Positions 39,007 through 48,026 of a stretch of DNA of 48,256 nt are shown here, in pieces. The position numbers were made by a program, and so were the translations under genes. This DNA is from Pseudomonadota bacterium (lineage in GTDB: Bacteria > Bdellovibrionota_F > JAHFAK01 > JBDREC01): NCBI GenBank assembly GCA_043820105.1, contig JBDREC010000027.1, positions 1-48,256 of the forward strand, read 5' to 3'. Within the stretch, counting starts at the first letter, position 1; every line of letters begins with the position of its first letter. Under the pieces are notes generated by a model. The model searched no databases and was not told the origin of the DNA. It was given only the letters and a program-made list of their open reading frames with translations.

Positions 39007-40530
39007 TTAAAGTTCTTCGAGTAATTTAGTTAAAAAATGATACAATCTTGCTAGATCTTCTATTTTTACGCGTTCATTTGTTGAGTGACCTTCAAGAATT
39101 GTGGGTCCTAAGGAGATTATGTCAATTCCTGGAAATTTTTGGGCAAAATAGGCTGGTTCCAGTCCAGCATTAGCTGGGCCTATGCCTGGTTCTTTATTGT
39201 ACATTTGTCTAAAAAGTCTTGTGGCTTTTTGAATTAACTTTGAGTTAATATTTTCTTCCCAGGCTGGATAACCATATGCATTAAGTAAAAACCCGTTCAT
39301 TTTCTTTAATTCGTCTTTTACAGAATCTTGATAGCTTTCTAGGTCTTTATTGAAAAGTGATCTTTGGGAAATTCCAATGTAAAATTTATTACCTTTTAAT
39401 GCAGCAAGAGCCAAATTATTTGAAAGCTTAGGTTCATAACCATGTTTTAATTTATCTAAAAATCCTATAATTAACTGATTGTAAATAGATGGAACAAAAT
39501 CAGAATATTGATCTTTTGGTTCATCATCAAATATAATACGTAATTGTATGTCAATGCTTCTAAGTTTATTTTCATTTAATCTTAAATAAGCTTCAAAAGC
39601 TTTTTGGAGTTTTTCTTGCTTTAAACTATCAATCTTAAAGACCAATTTTCCCTCATTAGGAATAATATTTGGCGACGTTCCAGCACTAAAATCAACTATG
39701 GAAATATCAAGTCTTTCATTTAAATATTTTAGGATTGAGCTTAACACTTTAATTGCGTTCAAATGTTTTTCATGAATATTATGTACAAAATGTTTTTCTT
39801 TGCCACTTTTGACAAGAATCGAAAAAAGCTTATCACTTTTTGTTAGAGTTTGTTTTTCTATTGGAATGGCCATTTCCATAACTTTAAAGCCAGTTGAAGC
39901 ACTTGTAAAAATTCCCCACCATTCTGTATCAATATTAATTAAATATTTGCCAGAAATCAGATCCAGGTCAAGTTTGCTTGCCCCAACAAGTCCATTTTCT
40001 TCAGAGGCTGTAAATAAAAGCTCCAGGGCTGGTCGATTTAAGGTCTTATCTTCAGCTATTGCTAAAATCGTAGACATCCCAATTCCATTATCAGCACCTA
40101 GAGTTGTTTTAGAAGAATGTAAATATTCATCATTAAAAACAAGCTTTATAGGATCTTTATTAAAATTATGGGAAGAATCATTATCCTTTTTGCAAACCAT
40201 GTCCATATGAGCCTGCATTACAATGGTTTCAGTTGAAGTAGACCTGCCCTGCCTGGGAACATAAATAACTATATTTTGTGCCCTATCAGTAAGTGTAAGA
40301 AAGTTGTTTTTTTTAACCCAATTTTTTAGCCATTTAACCATCTGCCCTTCATTGCCAGTACATCGTGGAATTTGACTAATCATATTAAAATTATTAAGAA
40401 TCCTTATAGTCTCATCGTCATTGATGGATTCTGGAATTTTGAATTCTTTATATGAGTGCTTAAAACAAGATGATAAAATTAAAAGGATAAATAGTAGCTT
40501 AAACAAAAAGAACTTTTTAATATTAATCAT
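39007..40530 (-). CDS. pepD: M20C aminoacyl-histidine dipeptidase (PepD-like) with a lipoprotein signal
   Basis: QAHMDMV, TTLGADNGIG, EENGL.GA, NIDTE, AGLE, GP.I..HS..ER; the ATG at 40530 gives MINIKKFFLFKLLFILLILSSC. Confidence 0.8.
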   Translation of the reverse strand: MINIKKFFLFKLLFILLILSSCFKHSYKEFKIPESINDDETIRILNNFNMISQIPRCTGNEGQMVKWLKNWVKKNNFLTLTDRAQNIVIYVPRQGRSTSTETIVMQAHMDMVCKKDNDSSHNFNKDPIKLVFNDEYLHSSKTTLGADNGIGMSTILAIAEDKTLNRPALELLFTASEENGLVGASKLDLDLISGKYLINIDTEWWGIFTSASTGFKVMEMAIPIEKQTLTKSDKLFSILVKSGKEKHFVHNIHEKHLNAIKVLSSILKYLNERLDISIVDFSAGTSPNIIPNEGKLVFKIDSLKQEKLQKAFEAYLRLNENKLRSIDIQLRIIFDDEPKDQYSDFVPSIYNQLIIGFLDKLKHGYEPKLSNNLALAALKGNKFYIGISQRSLFNKDLESYQDSVKDELKKMNGFLLNAYGYPAWEENINSKLIQKATRLFRQMYNKEPGIGPANAGLEPAYFAQKFPGIDIISLGPTILEGHSTNERVKIEDLARLYHFLTKLLEEL

Positions 40531-40673
40531 TTCCAATTTTTTCGTGACATTATTGTTATTTTTATACTTAAAAAACTTCATAGCGATTGTCAATTTAACA
40601 TAAAAATCCAACTTATTAAGCTTCAAAACAAAATAAATTTGCATAAATACATTTTTTCCTCTATTTTATTTTT

Positions 40674-42836
40674 ATGAGAAAAAATTATTTTATTATTATT
40701 TCATATTTACTCTTTTCAGTCGCGTTATTAGTCTCTTTACAAAACCCAATTGTACGCATTTTTCATTATGAGTTTAATTTAGTATTATCGATTCTATTAA
40801 CCACATTTACTCCAATAACAAGCCTCTTGCTTCTAAAATCTAAAAAAACGCTTAGTTTTATCAAACAAATTAAGATAACTCTAATATCTCAAGCCATCTT
40901 TTATTCTATAGCTTTATTATCTATCATAATATCTTCTGTTTTCACAAAAAACTGTTCCCCTATAGATGGTCTATTTTTCTTTATTCTATTACCTCTTGTA
41001 ACATCTTTTTTCTTAATTTCTCTATGTCTATTATCTCATAAACTAACAAAGAAATTCTATCTTCAAATAATTATGATATATGCAATAATCTTCATCTCAA
41101 TCATATATTCAATAGCCAGGCTATTTCTTCAAGCTCCAGTATTTTCATTTAACCATTTTTATGGCTTCCTTCCAGGCCCTTTATATGACGAAAGAATCTA
41201 CTTTTTAAATTCCCTACTGATCTACCGCGGCCTAACAATCCTAATCTCAATCTTAATCTTAATCCTAATCTTAAGCAAAAAACAAAAACGAGCACTTAAA
41301 ATCATAATACCATCATCAATTATTTTTTTAATACTTCTATTTAGTTTCATATTCAGCGATAAGCTAGGATACACTCGTTCAAAACATTCTTTAATTAAAA
41401 ACCTGGGTGGCCACATTGAAACAAAACACTTTAACATTTACTATGATAAAGAAATTTCCGAAAAAACAATTAAGAAACATGCCCTATTCCACGAATTTCG
41501 CTATCATCAAATAACAAGCGATTTAGCGCTTAAACCAAAGCAGAAATTCACATCCTTTATATATGCAAATGCAAAAAAGAAAAAATTAACAATTGGTGCT
41601 GCCAGAACATTTATTGGTGATTTTTATAATAAAGAGATGCATCTAAACTTGATATCACCACTACACCCGATAATTAAACACGAAATGACTCACATTATTT
41701 CCAGTGAATTTGGAAACCAGTATTTTGGTGGAAGCTTTAACATAGGTTTAATTGAGGGAATAGCCGTATATGAAGAAAAGAAAGATTATTTTATTTCTTT
41801 AGACAAGCAAGTTAAAGCTATTATTAACAAAGGATTTAAGCCAGACATAAAAAGTCTCTTTTCTCTAACAAAATTCTGGTCAGCTCGAGCAAGCCACGCC
41901 TATATATTATCTGGTTCATTTACAGGCTTTCTAATTAACAACTATGGAAAGGATAGATTTAAAAGACTTTATAAAGGTGCTTCGATTGAAGAAGTTTATC
42001 ATAAAACTCTTGATGATATAATAAAAGATTACGATAGGTTTATTTCTAAAATCCAAATAACAAAAAAGCAGCAAAATTTTTTAGACCACAAGCTCTCAAG
42101 AAAATCCATGTTTGAAAAAACCTGTCCACATACTGTAGCAAAATTATATGAAGCTTCAGAAGAAATGCTTGAATGCAAAAACTATAACGAAGCTCTTAGC
42201 GAACTAAAAAATATCAGTAATATCAATCCAAATGAATATAGATCCAGTTTTTTATCAAGCATAACTTATGCAAAGCTTGATCTTTTAAAAAATGCTCACA
42301 ACTCACTTTTTTTGATTGATAAAAGTAGTTTAAGTTTTGGAGAGAAATTAAAAAGAAAAGAAATGCTAGCAGACCTTGATGCCAAGATGAATAATTGTGA
42401 TTCAGCTATTTCAAGTTACAATGACTTGATGAAAATTGATTATCTTCCAAACTTTAGCAACAGAATTGCATTAAAAGAACATTTAGCCAAAAAAGACTGC
42501 CAACTTTTTACTAAATATTTAAATCAAAACAATAATCAAACCTTAATAAATAATTTTAAAAATGAGGAGACTATAACTCTTATCTGTAAAACAAGCCCTG
42601 ACGATTCATTTGATGAAACCTATTTAAATGCATGCAAAATATCACATAAAACCCATCCAACAAATCCAGAGATCAATTATTACTTGGGTCTAAATTTATT
42701 TAACAAAGAAAACTATAAAGAAGCTAGTATTTACTTAACTTATGCTAATAATAACCTAAAAAATAATTATTTGAAAATGAAATGCAATGAAATGCTGGAA
42801 TTTACAGACTGGATCCTGAATCGAGTTCATAAATGA
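40674..42836 (+). CDS. Polytopic membrane protein with an HExxH peptidase (MA-clan-like) domain and C-terminal TPRs
   Basis: About 7 N-terminal hydrophobic segments; IKHEMTH followed by GLIEGIA, AY..SGSF..FLI..YG; TPR-like helices. Confidence 0.7.
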   Translation: MRKNYFIIISYLLFSVALLVSLQNPIVRIFHYEFNLVLSILLTTFTPITSLLLLKSKKTLSFIKQIKITLISQAIFYSIALLSIIISSVFTKNCSPIDGLFFFILLPLVTSFFLISLCLLSHKLTKKFYLQIIMIYAIIFISIIYSIARLFLQAPVFSFNHFYGFLPGPLYDERIYFLNSLLIYRGLTILISILILILILSKKQKRALKIIIPSSIIFLILLFSFIFSDKLGYTRSKHSLIKNLGGHIETKHFNIYYDKEISEKTIKKHALFHEFRYHQITSDLALKPKQKFTSFIYANAKKKKLTIGAARTFIGDFYNKEMHLNLISPLHPIIKHEMTHIISSEFGNQYFGGSFNIGLIEGIAVYEEKKDYFISLDKQVKAIINKGFKPDIKSLFSLTKFWSARASHAYILSGSFTGFLINNYGKDRFKRLYKGASIEEVYHKTLDDIIKDYDRFISKIQITKKQQNFLDHKLSRKSMFEKTCPHTVAKLYEASEEMLECKNYNEALSELKNISNINPNEYRSSFLSSITYAKLDLLKNAHNSLFLIDKSSLSFGEKLKRKEMLADLDAKMNNCDSAISSYNDLMKIDYLPNFSNRIALKEHLAKKDCQLFTKYLNQNNNQTLINNFKNEETITLICKTSPDDSFDETYLNACKISHKTHPTNPEINYYLGLNLFNKENYKEASIYLTYANNNLKNNYLKMKCNEMLEFTDWILNRVHK

Positions 42837-42850
42837 CGGTTTTTTCTTTT

Positions 42851-43041
42851 CTTGTTCCCTTGTTCTCTTGCGCTCTTGATCCCTTGTAAAAAAGTGACAC
42901 GACAATAGGCGGTTTAAAAATAATCAATAATCAACAATCAATTTTCAATAATTAATGAAAGTTATTCACCAGTCACCAGAGCACCGGTCACCAGCAAGAA
43001 AGCGAATACTGAATACCGAATACTAAATACTGAATACTAAA
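42851..43041. repeat. Mosaic of four different short tandem arrays between convergent genes
   Basis: CTTGNNCY 8-mer x4 (42851-42886); AATAATC-like x5 (42919-42953); TCACCAG-like x4 (42966-42994); YRAATAC x5 (43003-43037). Confidence 0.85.
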
Positions 43042-43053
43042 CTTACCACTTCC

Positions 43054-43425
43054 TCATATCCCCTTCCCAATATCCTTCTGAAATCGCATTAAAGAATTGA
43101 GCAGGTCTCTTTTTATTTTAATATTTTCATTTATTGTTTCATAAAATATTTTAAAACAAACAACACTGAAAAATCCTGACCAGAATATAATCTGTGAAAC
43201 AATGACTTCTATAATTGTTATGTTTTGAACAAGAAAAAGTAAAAACAAGAGATAATATGTAAATGCTGACATGAAAAATATTATTAAAACAAAAAGTACA
43301 ACCCACCATATTTTCAAACCCTTTGATTTAGTAATCTTCCATACAGCCATTATTGATGGTATTGAATAAATATACCAAAAAATCCCAAGCAAGGTAAACA
43401 TTAAACAAACAATTTGTAGAATCAT
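43054..43425 (-). CDS. Small membrane protein (3 predicted TM segments)
   Basis: Three hydrophobic stretches; directly downstream of the 43445 lipoprotein with an AAGG RBS. Confidence 0.6.
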   Translation of the reverse strand: MILQIVCLMFTLLGIFWYIYSIPSIMAVWKITKSKGLKIWWVVLFVLIIFFMSAFTYYLLFLLFLVQNITIIEVIVSQIIFWSGFFSVVCFKIFYETINENIKIKRDLLNSLMRFQKDIGKGI

Positions 43426-43444
43426 TTTTTACCCTTTCTTAAAG

Positions 43445-45061
43445 TCATTCTGTAAAACATGGTGAAGTAAGATTTGTTGTAAACTGAACAGAGCCAGAAC
43501 ACGCGGCATCACCGTTTGCACTAAGCCCACAAATAGACAAGGCCCAATGAAAAGCATTCGAATACGCAGCCTCCAGAATTTCATTAACTGTCTGAATAGT
43601 TAATGATGCAACATCTTGGCCTGCAGAAATCGAACCATAAGCGCTTGTATCAGCTGTGCATGTTCCATCTCCGTTATCAGTATATGGTACAAATCTTGCT
43701 TCATAAGTCAATCCCTTTGGTCCAACATCATTTGGAACTGTCCACCCTAAAGTAAAACCAGGAAGCCAATTAACTTGGTTAGTTGATGTATCCACAGCTG
43801 TGCCATTCTTTGTAAAAGCATATCCATAATATTTTGGTATAATATTTATTTTCTTAATGCACGTATATTCTGTTGAGTCATCATCAGCCATTGTTATAGT
43901 AAAAACAAAAGTATCGCCAGAATACATATTTTCTAGAATTCCCGCTGTCTCTGTATCAGATACACTTATACTAAAACTATCCTCTCCTTGGGTTAATTCC
44001 ATTGAAGCACAAGTGTCCCAAAGCTCACCATAGCATTCATCAGCTGAATCAAGAACATATGAATAAGCTTCTAAATAACTGGGACCAGATATTGAAACTT
44101 TAGCAAAGTCTGCCATTGTATAATCAGAATCTTCTGAAGGTGCAAAAGACATATTTAATTTGTAATCTGTAAATGCTTCTAAATCCTCAGCTATTTCAGC
44201 AGGTGTTGGAAAGCCTTCTTGGACTGCACCTGTTCCAGAGGGTGAATTTTCAACATATAAACTCACATCCCCCACAAGGCAATAATCTGTTTGCCCATCA
44301 ATTTCATCCACATAACCACTATTATCATTATCACTGTCAAACACATCTGGAGTGCCATCATTATCGTCATCCGGATCACTAGCAGCACTTACTTCATCTT
44401 CAATTTTAGCAGATTCATAATTTTCTGTTCCATCTCCTGTTAATCCTCCTGCTAAAACTTCGTCAATTGTATATGCAAGCATAAGCTCATCCTCTGCCAC
44501 ATCTACATTTGTTGTAATATTACCAGTATCCGTATAAGCTGTAACTGTTCCAATATTATCAATTTCACCATCTTCTGAGGTTGTTAATGCAATTGAAACA
44601 GAATAATCAAGGTCGTCTATTGCGGAAGTCATTAAAGTACCAATGTAGTTCATGGATGAATCAAGAAAATTTACAATGTATGAGGTTTCACTTGAAAGGG
44701 TAAATGAAAATGATCCGTTTTCTTCAAGTTGTGAAACTGCTTGGCCTTGGGTTTCGGTGTTTATTACGTGGGCATAATAACTAGAGGCAATGGCATGTTT
44801 TGAATTCGTCTTTAAGACACTGCTATCATTAGAATCCAGAACTTGTAAAAGACCGAATAATATAACCTCACCATCAGAGCTTCCAGATGTTTCTGTTCCT
44901 GAACTTCCAGAAGAGGAAGATGTATTACTTTCCCCACTCAAATCTCCGGCTGTGCCCTCACCACTTGTATTATCTGTTCCTCCAGACCCTGATGACATAT
45001 CGCAGGCTAGTAAGCCTAAAAACATTATTAAAAAAGCAGTCAAAATAACTATTTTTTTCAT
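43445..45061 (-). CDS. Acidic lipoprotein with Ser/Gly linker and DxDxDG calcium-binding-type repeats
   Basis: Start 45061 after GAGGG; lipobox LLAC; DPDDDNDGTPDVFDSDNDNSGYVDEID; several paired Cys. Confidence 0.75.
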   Translation of the reverse strand: MKKIVILTAFLIMFLGLLACDMSSGSGGTDNTSGEGTAGDLSGESNTSSSSGSSGTETSGSSDGEVILFGLLQVLDSNDSSVLKTNSKHAIASSYYAHVINTETQGQAVSQLEENGSFSFTLSSETSYIVNFLDSSMNYIGTLMTSAIDDLDYSVSIALTTSEDGEIDNIGTVTAYTDTGNITTNVDVAEDELMLAYTIDEVLAGGLTGDGTENYESAKIEDEVSAASDPDDDNDGTPDVFDSDNDNSGYVDEIDGQTDYCLVGDVSLYVENSPSGTGAVQEGFPTPAEIAEDLEAFTDYKLNMSFAPSEDSDYTMADFAKVSISGPSYLEAYSYVLDSADECYGELWDTCASMELTQGEDSFSISVSDTETAGILENMYSGDTFVFTITMADDDSTEYTCIKKINIIPKYYGYAFTKNGTAVDTSTNQVNWLPGFTLGWTVPNDVGPKGLTYEARFVPYTDNGDGTCTADTSAYGSISAGQDVASLTIQTVNEILEAAYSNAFHWALSICGLSANGDAACSGSVQFTTNLTSPCFTE

Positions 45062-45107
45062 ACTTCCCTCTAACTTATATTGTTCCTCAATTCCCCAGAA
45101 CAAGCAA

Positions 45108-45144
45108 CATCAATTATCAAGCATCAAGCATCGAGCATCGAGCA
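45108..45144. repeat. Heptamer array (CATCRAG-like) overlapping the 3' end of the dehydrogenase gene
   Basis: catcaat tatcaag catcaag catcgag catcgag ca; supplies the codons RCSMLDA and the TGA stop. Confidence 0.8.
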
Positions 45145-46256
45145 ACCTCCACCAAAGCTCCCACAGATTCATGCGCTTTTATCATCTCATTATAAATTTC
45201 ATCGTGACATAAATTCTCTAAAGGCATTACTCCTGTTTCATTTATTTTATTTTCAGCAATTAGTTTTGCAGCGCAAAAAGCAGTAATTGCTACTGAATTA
45301 ACTAAAGCTGAAACATTATTTTCGTGATCATAGCCAATTTTATATTTATGGACAAGCTCTTTATCGCCTTTTTTACCAACAATCTCCATAATAAATTGGT
45401 CTTCTTTAGGAAGATCTAAAAAATTTTGATTAATAAGCTCATTTAATACTTTTATTGGAACAATTTCTTTTTCATTAATGATTAAGGCTTTTCTGGAAAT
45501 TAAACCCAGATCTTTTAATGACTGCATAAATTGCAAATGACCTTTATGTCTTAAGGTTCTTTCAGTAACATTTTTTACATGCGGATAAGTTGCCAGAAAA
45601 GAACGAACACCATCTGTTAAAAATGATTCAAGTAAAAGACCAAAAAGATTTTCATTTTCAATTGTATCAAAAGGATCAAGCACTTTTATTTCACCATTAA
45701 TCCTAATCTTAGCGGGTCTGAGATATTCTTCTAATAAATCTTCAATAGCCCATGTTATGCTATGATAAAATGGAGCTTTAGCTTCAAGAGGAATAGCTCC
45801 AAGTTTCATTTCTATTGAATCAGCACCATCTAATTTAACAACTGAATATCCACTTAAAAGATGAGAAAATCCAGGCGCTGCTCCACAATCAGGAATTATC
45901 AAAGCGCCATTTTCATGTGCTTCATCATGAAAAGCCATAAAATCTTCTTCTAAAAAGGAAACAGAAACCATTTTCTTGTTAGTTTTAGCAACTACTTTAA
46001 ACAGATCATAAGAAAAAGCAGCAGGTAATGAATCAATAATTAAATCGAAATTATTTATTTGAGAAAGTTTTTCCTCATCACTTAAAGCAAAAAAATTCTC
46101 GCTAAAAACAGAGGTCTTCTTCTGATATTTTTTAGATAATTTTTCTAAAAGTCCCGAGTTGATATCATAAAGCCATATATTATCAAACCCGTCACCACAA
46201 AGCAGATCAAGTATTCTTTCTCCTTGTCTTCCCAAACCAAACATCAAAATCTTCAT
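45117..46256 (-). CDS. Saccharopine dehydrogenase / lysine 6-dehydrogenase family oxidoreductase
   Basis: GLGRQG Rossmann motif, PDCGAAPG, TW..EDLLEEY.RPA, ESFLTDG, TLRHKGH. Confidence 0.88.
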   Translation of the reverse strand: MKILMFGLGRQGERILDLLCGDGFDNIWLYDINSGLLEKLSKKYQKKTSVFSENFFALSDEEKLSQINNFDLIIDSLPAAFSYDLFKVVAKTNKKMVSVSFLEEDFMAFHDEAHENGALIIPDCGAAPGFSHLLSGYSVVKLDGADSIEMKLGAIPLEAKAPFYHSITWAIEDLLEEYLRPAKIRINGEIKVLDPFDTIENENLFGLLLESFLTDGVRSFLATYPHVKNVTERTLRHKGHLQFMQSLKDLGLISRKALIINEKEIVPIKVLNELINQNFLDLPKEDQFIMEIVGKKGDKELVHKYKIGYDHENNVSALVNSVAITAFCAAKLIAENKINETGVMPLENLCHDEIYNEMIKAHESVGALVEVARCSMLDA

Positions 46257-46270
46257 AATTATCCTAAAAA

Positions 46271-46360
46271 ATTAATTGTTAATTATTATTTATTACTTAT
46301 TGGTTATTTTAACGTTTTCATAGAATAATCAATAATTAATAAATAATAATTAATTTAATT
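46271..46360. repeat. Inverted AT-rich heptamer arrays (AATAATY-like) between pepP and the dehydrogenase gene
   Basis: The reverse complement of 46271-46308 (aataaccaataagtaataaataataattaacaattaat) closely matches 46324-46360 (aataatcaataattaataaataataattaatttaatt). Confidence 0.7.
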
Positions 46361-46384
46361 TGCTTTACGTAAATAACCCTATTC

Positions 46385-47773
46385 TCACCAACCAACAATC
46401 CCCTCAATCTCATTAACAGTTTTTGGAATCCTCTTCCCAATCACTCTATAAGCATCTTCTGTAACCAAAACATCATCCTCAATTCTAATTCCACCAAAAC
46501 CAATATCTTCAAACACTTTATCATAATTAACAAAATCAAGAAACTTTCCTTCTTCTTTAAATTTCTTAATTAATGTTTGAATAAAATAAATTCCAGGTTC
46601 AATTGTGACAACAAAACCCTTTTGAAGTTTTCTAGCTAGACGCAAATAAGCAAGACCAAATTGATCAGATCTTTGCACGGTTTCATCATAACCGATATAA
46701 TCTTCACCTAGATTTTCCATATCATGTGCGTCAATCCCAAGCATGTGGCCAAGACCATGAGGAAAGAAAAGAGCATGAGCTCCAGCTGAAACAGCATCTT
46801 CAGCAGATCCCTTCATATAACCAAGATCAATTAAGCCCTCGGTAATAATTTTCGAGGCGGCTATATGAACATTTTTAAAAGGTAACCCTGGTCTAATTAG
46901 CTTAATAGCTTCTTCATTTGCCTTTAAAACTATACTATAAATATCTTTTTGTTTTTGAGTAAATTTGCCTGACACTGGAATCGTTCTTGAAATATCAGCT
47001 GCATAGTGAAATGAGTTTTCAGCTCCAGCATCAATTAATAAAAGATCACCATCTTTGAGTTGATTTCCATGATAATGGTTATGCAGAATTTCTCCATTAA
47101 TGGTAGCAATAACTGGAAATGAAATCATCCCTCCTAAAGAAAGCGCGACTCCTTCCATTTGACCTGCGATTCTGCTTTCATATGCGCCTGGGGCACATCT
47201 CCTCATTCCAACTAAAAACATTTTTCTGGTAATATCATGTGCTTCTTCCATTTGGATAATTTCATCATCAGATTTTACTGATCTTAACTCAATAATTGCT
47301 TTAATCAGGTCTATTGAAGCAAAATCTCTCGCCTCCTTATGATGTATATCCAATAAAGTTTCAATTCTCATCATATTATCCATTCTATATGGAGGAATAA
47401 AATGAACCTTTCTTTTTTGCTGTTTAGCCTCTTCTAACTTTTCACCAATTTGATCAAAATTATAAGTTTCATCAATACCAATATCTAAAGCTCTTTGACT
47501 TAAAGTTTTTTGAGGTCCCATCCAAATAATATCATCAATATCAAAATCATTTCCAAAAAGCATGTCTTTATCATTATCAATATCAATAAGACCAGATAGA
47601 CCCTGGCTATCTAAACCAAAGAAATACAAGAAGGTAGAATTTTGCCTAAAATGATATGGATTTGAATTATAATTCATGGGCATATCATTGTTTCCCCATA
47701 ATAAAATCACCCCAGATCCAACCAATTTTTTAAGCTTTTTTCTTCTTTCAACATAAACTTCAGCTTTGAACAT
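46385..47773 (-). CDS. pepP: Xaa-Pro aminopeptidase (M24B)
   Basis: FRQ.S.F.Y, LIDAG...YAADISRT, PHGLGH..G.D.HD, TIEPGIYF, GGIRIEDD. Confidence 0.95.
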   Translation of the reverse strand: MFKAEVYVERRKKLKKLVGSGVILLWGNNDMPMNYNSNPYHFRQNSTFLYFFGLDSQGLSGLIDIDNDKDMLFGNDFDIDDIIWMGPQKTLSQRALDIGIDETYNFDQIGEKLEEAKQQKRKVHFIPPYRMDNMMRIETLLDIHHKEARDFASIDLIKAIIELRSVKSDDEIIQMEEAHDITRKMFLVGMRRCAPGAYESRIAGQMEGVALSLGGMISFPVIATINGEILHNHYHGNQLKDGDLLLIDAGAENSFHYAADISRTIPVSGKFTQKQKDIYSIVLKANEEAIKLIRPGLPFKNVHIAASKIITEGLIDLGYMKGSAEDAVSAGAHALFFPHGLGHMLGIDAHDMENLGEDYIGYDETVQRSDQFGLAYLRLARKLQKGFVVTIEPGIYFIQTLIKKFKEEGKFLDFVNYDKVFEDIGFGGIRIEDDVLVTEDAYRVIGKRIPKTVNEIEGIVGW

Positions 47774-47912
47774 ATAAACTCCAGATTATTAATATTAACT
47801 ATAAAAACAAACTATTGTCATATTTTTTTTAATTATTCAAGAATTTTGCTAAAAAGAAACATTGATTTTAAAATTTCATTTGATAAAAGACTCTTAATTA
47901 AGTGTTCCCTAC

Positions 47913-47947
47913 TGAATACTAAATACCAAATACCGAATACTGTATTC
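47913..47947. repeat. YRAATAC heptamer array directly upstream of the tRNA
   Basis: tgaatac taaatac caaatac cgaatac tgtattc. Confidence 0.88.
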
Positions 47948-47952
47948 AACCT

Positions 47953-48026
47953 GCATCCGTAGCTCAGCTGGATAGAGCGGCAGACTTCGAATCTGAAGGT
48001 CGGGGGTTCGAATCCCTCCGGGTGTG
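47953..48026 (+). tRNA. tRNA-Arg (anticodon UCG), CCA not encoded
   Basis: Acceptor GCATCCG/CGGGTGT, D arm GCTC-AGCTGGATA-GAGC, anticodon loop CT-TCG-AA, T loop GTTCGAATC. Confidence 0.95.

Noticed and set aside
8809-45286. Short ORFs antisense to or nested in long genes (e.g. 8809, 16490, 27525, 37714, 39800, 44790)
   Set aside because: Shadow frames of well-supported genes with no motifs of their own.
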